Source: Raillietiella orientalis
Lineage: Eukaryota
DNA length: 64,000 nucleotides
NCBI GenBank assembly: GCA_036172245.1
Contig: JAYWIR010000018.1
Coordinates: 1,860,001 to 1,924,000 of the forward strand
Direction: 5' to 3'
Below the pieces are notes generated by a model. The model had not been told where the DNA came from and searched no databases. It worked only from the letters and a program-made list of their open reading frames with translations. Numbering within the stretch: position 1 is the stretch's first letter; each line of letters begins with the position of its first letter. Shown piece by piece: positions 51,656 through 61,700 of the stretch. Position numbers and translations under genes: made by a program.

Positions 51656-52140
51656 GAACAACCGACCCCCCGCGATCCTCTCGATCTCCTGGACGTCTCT
51701 TGAGATGATCACGTGGATTTCCTGCAGCAGGGCCCGGTCGAACTTGCGCAGGGTTTCGGCTGTATCTCGTCTGTTGCAGTCGTCGCGCAGCCCGTTGACG
51801 TTCCAGCAGGCTATGCGAATCCGACGGCGACAGGCGAGCCAAAGTGTTACCCCTGGGAACTTGGCAATGCGGCTTTCGCCACCTGATCGGGCAGGACACT
51901 TGGAGGGGGAGGAGGAGGTGCTTTGCGCACCGATTCTCCCTCCTCCAGGGGGGTAGATTCTTCGGCACGATGCATGGAGGGTAGGGATTCTCACCCACCT
52001 GTTCCCCCTGCTCCATCGGGGTCGATTCCTCAGCAGAGACGCCTGGAAGAGCAGGGGTCTCGCTCAGCTGCTCCCCTTCCTCCATGGGGGTGGCCTGCTG
52101 CTCCATGTCGGGCGTGTGGAATTTCCTGCCTCCGTTCTCA
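51656..52140 (-). mobile_element. ORF1/ORF2 junction fragment with the N-terminus of an APE endonuclease
   Basis: IRIACWNVNGLRD...LLQEIH gives the NVNG and QE.H motifs of non-LTR APE domains. It is preceded by an acidic PMEEGEQ/PMEQGEQ repeated ORF1-like tail. Confidence 0.85.
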
Positions 52141-52144
52141 CGCC

Positions 52145-52441
52145 CCGGCAACGGCAGTAGAATATTTCTTCGATTCCCTGAGCCGCGGGACGGGACTGCG
52201 GGTTAACAGGGCAAAATCGTCGGTGGTGGTGGTTGGTGCGACGTGGGTTGGACAGCCTGACTGGATCCGTTTGGGGATCCCCACGGCCAGGTACCTGAAG
52301 TACCTTGGCGTTCCGCTGGGGGACTTCTGTCCGTCAGAAACCTGTTCAGGCCATCTCCAGAAAGTGGAGTTGGCGGTCGCCCGTTCCTGGAGGGCAAGTT
52401 CCACTTGCCGGAACGGGCCACGGTATGGAACGCGTTCGCGG
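52145..52441 (+). mobile_element. RT C-terminal fragment of the same family
   Basis: TGLRVNRAKS...YLKYLGVPLG, then FHLPERATVWNAF, paralleling FLLPERAAVWNAF at 55.2 kb. Confidence 0.85.
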
Positions 52442-52594
52442 CGAGGGACGACGGCGACGAGGGAAGAAGCAGCGGCCGTCCGGGGAGGCCGGGAACGCAT
52501 TTGCGAATGCGGCGGGCGGCGGCACCTCCTTCGAACTCTCGCGGGTGGGCAACAGGAGAGGGGGAGGGGGATATTGCGTGCCGTCGACTGCTCA

Positions 52595-53715
52595 CGCCGA
52601 TGAACACCCCCCTTATCGTGAACGGCCGTAAGGTCTTTCCTGTGACGGTGGACAAATCCGTTGTTGTCCACCTCACAGGGATTACTCTTCGGAAGGGATG
52701 CACCGCGGTTCATGAAAAACTGACAAAATACGGTACCGTGCACGCGATGTGGCCGAAACCCGGTCTTTTCGAGAGCTACAACAAGCTCTTCAGCGGGATG
52801 GCTGCAGCGCGTGTCACAGCACACGATAACGGTGGGCTTCCCCACAAGTTAAGCGTCAACGATGAGAAAGTTGACGTTTGGTACGTGAGTAAGCCCAAGT
52901 ACTGCAGGCATTGCGATGCCACCGGGCACCTCAAAAAGAGGTGCCCATACGTCGAATGTCACTACTGCGGCGAAAAAGGCCACCTTAGGAAAGTTTGCCC
53001 TAAACGCGCCCCCCCGATGCCCCCTGCAGCGAAAAAAGCGCAGGCAAAGCGGGCGGTCAAAGAAGAAATAAGAAAAGCAGAGAAAACTGGGCGAAAGCAG
53101 CCGCCGGTTCCTCAACCTCCCCAAGAAACGGCGGAGAAAAAAATCTCGGAGGAAAGTGAAGAGGAGGAGGAGGGATGGCGATTGGTAAAACCCCAAAAAG
53201 TAAAAGAAAACAACCCTATAGAAAAAGAGCCTCCGAAAGAGGGAAAAATCGCGACCGGCGGGAAGAAAAAACCGAAGCCGCGCCGCGAAAACCTCCCGGA
53301 ATGTTCGGTTGCGTTAGAACGTGTGGAGGCAATCGTTGCCGCCACCAGGGGAGCGACCCTCCCCCTCGTTTCCGCCGAAGCCGCGACGACCGAAGGCGAA
53401 CCCTCTGTGCGATCAGAGGGTGAGCAGCTCGACGAGCTCGGCGAAATCGAGGACGCGGAATTCGAGCAGGCAGCGGTGGAACTCGTGGCCGAAATCCTAG
53501 GCCGCGAGACCTCGTCGCGTAAGGCCGTGCGCAGGCCGGCGGCGGAGAACGCTCCGCAGCCTGAAAATGCGGACCGGGATGCCGGAAATACATCCTCCTC
53601 AGCGGAGCCGCCTCCGAAGAAAGCCGGACGCAAGTCCGCAAATTCAAAGAAGCGCACCCCGCGGAATAAACAGGAGGAAACACCGGCAACCGACGGTGAA
53701 GACGGCGGCGATGCC
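52595..53715 (+). mobile_element. ORF1 (gag-like) fragment with an RRM-like region and two CCHC zinc knuckles
   Basis: CRHCDATGHLKKRC and CHYCGEKGHLRKVC (CX2CX4HX4C) at 52903-52998, upstream LTKYGTVH, and a long charged low-complexity tail. The frame is open across the fragment. Confidence 0.88.
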
Positions 53716-55273
53716 ACCCGGGTACTCACCCGGGTACTCCGCGATGTTTATTTAAAACTTCGCATTGGTCAACAACATACGTGGTACAAGGCCCCACTAA
53801 CGGTCATGCAACACCGGACCTGCCGGGACGCCGGGACGCAGCCCGGTGTGACTCTCCTCGGCAGTGGATGGGGATGGAGGAAAAAACAAAAATAAAAATA
53901 AAATAAGAAAAACAAGAACAAAAAGTGTTTGGAGGGACGGGAAGGGATCACTGACCACTGAGAGAAGGGTCCATCCTTTGCAGGATGCCCTCGAGGTCCT
54001 CCTTCATTCTGCCCAGCTGGGACCAGCCGGTAGCTCTCTGCAGGAAGCGAACAGCATACGGGATGACGTCCGTTACGTTGCAATCTTCATCTTCGGCATC
54101 ACTCCAGGCCGCCACAATACCACGGATGCAGCAAACTGCTGCCAAGGCTGCGGCTGGCCTCAGGGCGTCCCACACGAAGAGAAGACTGTGAACGTCTCTG
54201 GGGTTGCCGCCAACCGGTATCCCAAGGGTCGTTCCAAGACGATCCCACAGAATCCGGAGGGCAGGGAAGTCAACTATGAGGTGGGGGAGGGACTCCCGTT
54301 CCCCAAACCTAACACATTTGGGTTCGACCGCTCCCCAGGTCAAGTGGTGTCGGCGGGCATTGCAGGGGAGTCCCCAGTGCTGCAAAAGGAGAGCCGACTC
54401 CTGCCATTTCAAGGGGAGGGCGGAAGTGTTCATGAGCACCGGGAGCCACTTCAGCTGTTCAATGGGAACATCGAGCAGCGCGCCCCAGCGCAGAAGTCCA
54501 TGGGTAGGCGTACTCGGGGTCGCAGCGTCAGTCAGCTGACCCGTCTTCCACTCTCCCTGCTTCTTCTTTCCGGAGATGGTTGCTTTAACCTCCCACTTCG
54601 CCGCAACATCGCTGTCCTGATCTTCCACTAGGGAGGCCAGCGCAGCAGCGAGGGGGGTTCTACCTGACCACGCTCTCTTCTTTGGATCCTCCAGGATCTC
54701 TCGGAGCGTGCAACTCTGTAGCACCCAAACAGGAACCGTCGTTCCTGTTGGGCGCGTTGCATGCCGCACTGTGCCCACGTGCGAACGGTTTCCTGCAACC
54801 AGGCACTACCGTTCGCGGGGCGACAGGTGATCCATCCGTGTTTTTTCCGAACCAAGGCAGCCACCCTCCGCAGATGGAGCCCACATCCGTTGATGCGGGA
54901 GCGATGGAGTGAAAGAAAGGACGTGAGTCCCGTCTTGCCGGTGGCTTGCTTGACGAGAAGGCGTGCAGGGACGCACCAGGAGGTGCACCACAACTCCGGC
55001 ACAACGGCCATCATTCGAAACTGGAGCTGAAGATCCAGCCGCTCCAACGTCAAGAAGCCTAGACCGTCATCCCGACGCGGAGCGCACAAGTCCTTCAAGC
55101 GGACTAGGGCCCTCCCGTTGCCCCAAAGGGCGATACGGAGGAGGTTCTTGGTCCTCTTTTTCAACAGGACGGGAACGCGGCAAACAAAAAGCAGGGGGCG
55201 GAGGATAGGAGCCGAAAACGCGTTCCATACCGCGGCCCGTTCCGGCAAGAGGAACTTGCCGGAACGGACCGTG
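53716..55273 (-). mobile_element. Post-RT to 3'-end fragment of an L1/Tx1-like element (frameshifted)
   Basis: RLKDLCAPRRDDGLGFLTLERLDLQLQFRM; decayed finger CVRFGERESLPHLIVDF; stop at 53948; CAGTGATCCCTTCCCGT; T-rich UTR; TTTTAAATAAAC at ~53750. Confidence 0.88.
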
Positions 55274-57088
55274 GCGACAGCGTTCTCCCCGCGAGTGGAC
55301 TCACGGACAGTTGCCGACCTGGGACCCCGACCCGCGAACGCACCTCCAGCTCGCCACGACACCACGCCGCAGTCCGCGTGAAGGACTGCGCAGCTTCCTT
55401 GCGGGCGAGCGAGTCTCGAAGATGGGAACTCCCGGCTCGCTCTGCTGGCTCCAGCAAGCCTACCTCGGAAAGCGGTCGCGTGCGAGACTCGCCGCCCTAA
55501 AGAATCGACCTTCAGCCGTTCCTGGTGCGCGGCGCCGTTCCGCGAAGCACCTGCACCCGGCGGATGCGCCTCCCTCTTCCGGAACCCCGGAGGCCGCTCG
55601 GGGCTTTCCGCACCGCGGGAGGAGGCGGCAGCGTGCGCGTCAAGCCCATCTTCGCCGTGGCATTCTCCTCCACTTCCTTCCGCGTCCGCCCGCCCTCCCT
55701 CGCTTCGAAGGCGCTCGTCGGCCGGCGGCTGTCCGAGCACGGAGCGATTGCCGAGGGGAGGTCTGTGCTAGGCTGGCCAGCAGTGGCCGCAGACCCGCTT
55801 AGCCCCATCCCCTTCCCGAAATGCGTTCCCGGACGCAGAACGTTCCGGAAGCGGAGCGGACGATGGGGAGCGCGCGAGCGACGTCGGCGCGGCGAGCCGG
55901 CAGCGGGCGAAAGAGGAGACGGTTCGCCCGTCCCGGCCGCCGGGGTGCTCCCTAGGCGCACGCCGCACATCGAGCTGGAGTCTGTGCGAGAGCCCTGGGC
56001 CGTCCTCTGCTTCCGCGCGTTCCCGTGGGAACTCCGCTCCCTCCCCGATCCAGGTAACGGGAGAGGCGCCCTACTCCGGTCGCCGGGCACCCGATCCCAG
56101 TTGTCCTAACGAACTTGGGATGGTCGCTTGAATTATTCATCGCGCGTTGGCAGCGCGACGACGGTCGTCAGGGCGATCGACCATTTGCCTGGGCATGCGG
56201 CGCGGGCGTGCGGAAATCTTGCAGTGGGCGGACTGGTGGGAAGGGGACGTCTGCGTGAAGGGCGGGTCGCTGGAGCGGGAGATGCAGGGCGGTTGTCGAC
56301 GCTGCTCTCGACGCGCAGGCGCGCGCGGATGGGGTGGGCTGACACGTGCCGCTATCGGCACCCCTCGACGCGATGCCCGCGATGCTTCCCCGAAGCGCCC
56401 TGCATCCCCGCGACGGGTTCGACCGGTGGGCGCTGCGTGGAAAATGCGCTGTGGCTTCTTTCGTGGCCGGGCACGGGGATGGTGGGAGTACGCCCACGTT
56501 ACCCGCGGCAGAGGACTCCGTCGGTTCCGGGTGCGCCCGCGGCTGGCACGGAACGCGGGTGCCTGCCTCGCTGCATTCGGGCGCGCGTCGTCTCGCCGGA
56601 TTGGAGCGCGGAATCGCTCGCCAATGGCACGGGACCGCGAGCTGCGTGCGTCGCTCACTCAAGGCGACGCACGCGAGCCGTGCAGCGCAACGGTGCGTGC
56701 GACATACACGTGGGACAAAGTTCCGCCAGGGGAGGGGAAGAAAGAGGAGCAGGAGGAGGAGGGGATCGGTACACCCGCTGGTACCCTGATCGGGAGGGCA
56801 ACCCGCGAAAGCCGCTGATCCGGAAGGCGCTGCGAGTTGTGGCTGGGGCGGCGTGCCAGCGTCACGGCGCGTAGCGGGGTGACCCGCGCGAGGCGTCGGC
56901 GGACTAGGGCTCCACCACTCGTCCATCGCACGCGCTCTTCCCGGCGTCCGGCAGCGGGAGCGAGGCGAAGCCGTGGATTCCCGCCTCGTGTCGCCAGGAT
57001 CGCTTTGGGTGCGGGTCGCTTAACTTCAGCGACCCTACCGCACCTGCACGCCCCGGGTAGCGCGCGCGCGGCTCCCGATCGTCCGCTC

Positions 57089-57312
57089 CTGTGGTAGATG
57101 AACTGGGCGTTCTCGTTCACGCTGGAGATGTGCAGCAGCGACTCGTGCACGCAGAAGATGAGCGCCGACGAGACCACGGCCAGCCAGAGCAGCTTGCACC
57201 TCACGCTGGTGGACCGGGAAATGTGGCCCAGACCGTGGAACGTGGATCGCTGCAGAAACTCGTGGAAGTAGGCTGACAGCTCCTTCGAAGCGGGAAGAGG
57301 CACCTTGGCCAT
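57089..57312 (-). pseudogene. Second truncated DEG/ENaC exon 1 copy (mirror of 44814-45037)
   Basis: Same peptide and same deletion breakpoint after FIYH. Confidence 0.85.
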
Positions 57313-58724
57313 TCCGGAGCCTGCGGGCGTCCGTGCTCGCACGCTCCGGCCTACTCGACTGCCGTTCCGGGAAGCGCGTGGTACGGACTTCCCCTTGTCC
57401 CCCCCCCCTCCCCACACCCCGTCGGAGGTGCGGTGCGTGCGCGCAGCGCGGAGTCCTCGTGAAAAATTGACGAGACCGCCGCATTGCGAGGCGGTTCCCG
57501 GCACCGTGTTGGCATGGAGGCAAGGCGGAGCCGAAACGGAAGTCGCCGTTCGAGCGCGGAGGGGCAGCGGCTGGAACAGCTCGCGGGATAGCCAGCCGCC
57601 CGTCCGTCGTTGGGAGTAGAGAGCCCAACGCACCAGCGACGGGAATGGTGTCTGGCCGCGGAGGTGCAGGAGGAATTCGCCGCTCTCCGGATGCCGCCGC
57701 CGCTCGCACGGTCCATTCTTGCAACGGGAAAGAGTGTGAAGCGTGCGGATTTCCGTCGCGCAGTTCCCTGCATTTCCTGACTCCCCTGCTTTCCTTCGTT
57801 TGGTTCCCGGAGAGAGGATTCCTTTCCCGAGCGTCCTTGCTTTCCATGTGTGGGAATGCAGGCTCATCATCATGAGAGCCGTTCATGATCGATGATTGCG
57901 TCGAGCCTCCGTGGATGAGCGGCGCATCCATTCCGCAGCTTCAGGACGACCCTTCCCGCGATGTGCAAACCACCCATGACTTCCCCCCGGATAGCGTGGT
58001 TGTTTGAGGTGGAAGGAATGCGGACGTTATAAGATGACAAGGGTCCACGCCTCAGTCCACCTTCGGACGAGGCCTGCCTCCCTTTTAGGTGCTTGGCGGT
58101 CGCTAAGATGCGCAGTGCAGCGCCGCCGCTGCCCTACCACTCTGCTGCCATGAGCGTGGAAACGAGAGAGGGGATTGGTGCCCAGGCTGGTCAGCTGGTT
58201 CGCCTGAGATTGCTCTCGGGGTCTTCGACTCGATTTTTCTCTTCTGCTGCCCCGCGTCCACCAGCTACGCCTCCGGATGGCACTCGATGCGCTGCCTATG
58301 CGGTCCGTGCACGAAGAGAAAAGCCAAAGTTTGGTGAATATCCCCCCCCCCCCCCAGCCTGTGCTACCCTCAGGGACGCATTCTGTCGGCCTCGACTGCC
58401 TCCGTCATCGAGACCGCCAGTCCCCAGTGCGAAACCCTGTGGTCCCCTGGCGAGCCCGCCTACGCAGACGAAACCTCCGCTCCTGTTCGAGATTCTCTCC
58501 AGTCGAGCGCACGGTTCGCTCCTGCGAACGATGATGGTTCTGCAAAGCGTCGCCCTTTCTTTAGAACGAAGCGTTTTTCCCCTCCTTCGCACCTGCTTGT
58601 GGTGAGCTGGCGGCAGGTCGGAAGACGTTCCACTCGTCGGGTGCGCTCCTGAGAGGAATGTAGCAACATCGCGCCTCGGGACCTGCCTTTATTCACATCC
58701 GGTACACACCCGCACCGCATCTCT

Positions 58725-61700
58725 TCAGCGTCGAATGGGCCGCATGTGCCGACGTGGCCGATTCCAGTAGTCCCGTGCCAATAGCACAACGTTGCGAGCG
58801 CCGATTGCACTCATCTCCATGGCGCTAGCCAGCCACTCAATTGCGTTGACGTGATACAGTCCACTGTCCAGCTCGAACTTGTAATCCAACTGCTTCGGAA
58901 AATGGGAGTACTCAGGATAAGCCCACCATCGGCAAGAAGTGGAGCCACTGTGGTTAGGAAACAAATCCTTTATCTCTTTCGCTGGAAGAGCTTTCTGAGA
59001 GAAAATTTTCCAAAATGCTGCCGGGTTTTCTCCATCTACGTCATGCACTCTGATGATGGAATTCAATTCGCTGGCGTTGCGGCTCAACTGGACAACCACG
59101 TTTTTAGGATTCTTGCCGTAAAGAGAGGCGTTCAAATCACCTTTTACAATGGTGGTCACAGTTGCGTGGTATCGCATTTGTCGTGGGGCAGTCAGTTGCC
59201 TAAAATTAATTTGATGGTGTTCAGTCGTGTAGGGAGCTGCCAGGATAACAATATCGTAACTTCCACTTTGCACAACGCGACTTTCATTCAGACGATGAGA
59301 ATTCAAATAGTAAAGTCCACTAGTACTATCTTTTGAGATATCAAGAACAGGATCCCTAATGAGGGTAGCATTGGAGACAGATATAAGTCCTTCTGGAATC
59401 TTCTTGTTGCCTCCTTTCACCGACCACAGACCGTCTGCGAATCCCGACATGGAAACGAAACCTGAAAAACAGAGATGCTAATCGAAAAGACATCACGCGG
59501 AGAACGCGCGTTTCAAAAAAGGCGCGCCAATTGCACTCGGCACAGAGAAGAACCCCAGCCCCGCCCCGGGAAGTGCACACTTACCACCAGCTCTCGCCGT
59601 CAGGATTCCCGCTTCCTCGTCTGCGCTCAACGTCGCAAAAGCATCTCCATCTGCCCGCACAACTACGGGCACCACGTCTCCCCTGCATTTCTCGCCGCAT
59701 CGCAGATGCACGCGTCATCGTGTCCGAAGCACGAACACGCTGAACACCCAACGTTGGCATCCGAACACCCAACGTTGATCGTGCACACGCCGCGGTGCTC
59801 AGCTCAGCAACGCGAAGCGAACCTTCGCGAAACTTCTTTCCCGAAGGTCTCGCTATGCGTTCGCGTCTTCACTGATTCCACAACCAGCAACCCCAGGATG
59901 CCCACTGGCCTGCAACCACCGCCAAAAGAGAACCTCGGTGCCCTGAAATCTTCCTTTTACGAAAACACCAAAGGACGTTTCCCATCCGTTGCGATCCCTG
60001 CGCCGACAAGGGGGATAACTCGCTTCCCGCGTGCGGACAAAAAGAACCGACTCGCGGACCGACCACCACGTCGGCGCATCCTTTCCCGACTCGGATTGCG
60101 TTCGCGCTCCGCCACCTTCGCCCCTGCAAACGACGCCCACCAATCGGCGCACTCGCGCGTGCGCAACCGTGACGGACACAACGACCGAGGGTACGTGCAG
60201 CCGTCGCGGTCTTCCCTTCGTCTTCCTTCCAAGTGCCGTAGCCGCTACGTGACCACTTGAAGGCGCTGCAGACTCTGCAACACCCAGCCTGGAACGCCTC
60301 TCCGGGCGAAACGGCACAGGAGCACGGAAAGTGCAGAACGCTGACCGCGGAAGGCGCGCACCTTCGTGACTACCACGTGAGTGCGCATCGGAATCCGCCA
60401 GGTTCGCAAAAGCTCTGGAGTGAGCCGTTTTCCGAGTCACGCCGGAGTGCTGCATCCCCGCAATCCAGGTCACAGGCCGGATCTCACCCCCATTCTGCGA
60501 GAATGCGCGCCCGTTGAAGGCAACGTCCCGCATTCGACACCGCCGCACACACGTCCTAGTGCGTGCGAACAAGCACTGGACACCGTGCAAGGAACACCAC
60601 GCGCCCCGACGTACCAAACCTGCATCTCGCCCTACTGGAAGGAAGGCAATGCAACAGAAAACCACGCATCGTCTCACCGAAATCACTCGCAGTTTCCTCA
60701 GCAACCGGGGAAACGCTCGCGTGCTGCAACTTCCGCAAGACGGAACCAAACCGGAAACCCGCGCCGCAAGAACCCAACCGCACTCGTCGCAGAAAAGAAA
60801 AGCGTGCGAAGGAGAACACCAGTCAACCCTCACTCACCCACAAATTTGTGCACGTCCAATCCCTGTCCGTAGTTTACTCTGAGAGTGGCGAGTACCATCT
60901 CTTCAATGAACTTCCGACTCAATCCTTCTTCCAAGAAACCATTTACTACGTCGACATCAGCGGCAAATCTCAGATGTTTATCCCAGACTTGAACCATGTG
61001 CTCCAGGGAATCGAATCCAGATCCTGCATCTTGAAAATCGTAGATTCTGGAAAGAAGATTGTCCCGGGCAATTCGTAATCTGGGCGGAATCAGAAATCGT
61101 TTGCGTTCCTGCAACGGGTTACAGATCGAGTAGCGCCAAAGTCGGAGGAAGGAGATGCCTGACTGAGACTATGCGCCACGCGCAGGAGCGAAGGGAATCA
61201 CTGACAAGATGGCGGCAGGAAGCCCACGGTCTTTTTGTCCAAGCCGTGACCATCATGTTCCTCGGAAACGAGAACCATTCTTCCCCCAAATCCACGTCTG
61301 CTCTTCGCACGGCACCGAATTTCATCACTCCACAAACTGAATCTTTGGATGCGGGAAGGGTCAGCCGTCTTCCAAGCTGTTTCGGTCCACTTGCTCTTCC
61401 CAATCTGCGGGAGGCATCGCTAGACAGGATCGTTAGGGGAAACTGAAAGGAAACGCAATCCATCCGGCTCGACTCGAGGACTTTGCGGGGGAGGGAGTGA
61501 ATTCTTAGCGATCCTAAGATGGCCTTCGCCAGGGAAAGGTTACTTCGAATTGGGGGAAAGGAGCGGGCGTGCGAGTGCCCAAGCACCTTGCCCTCATCCA
61601 GGAACAGGAGCGCGTTTCCCGTGGCGGTACTTCCGATTGCGCCTGTCACCCTCTTCTCGAGGGGAATTCGCTCCGACACTTTCGGTGGAGGTCTCTGCTG

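Noticed and set aside
52405..53895. 496-aa ORF as an intact protein-coding gene
   Set aside because: It is a chance in-frame chimera: RT-fragment tail, a 150 bp shared repeat, a genuine ORF1 fragment and the antisense UTR of the next element.
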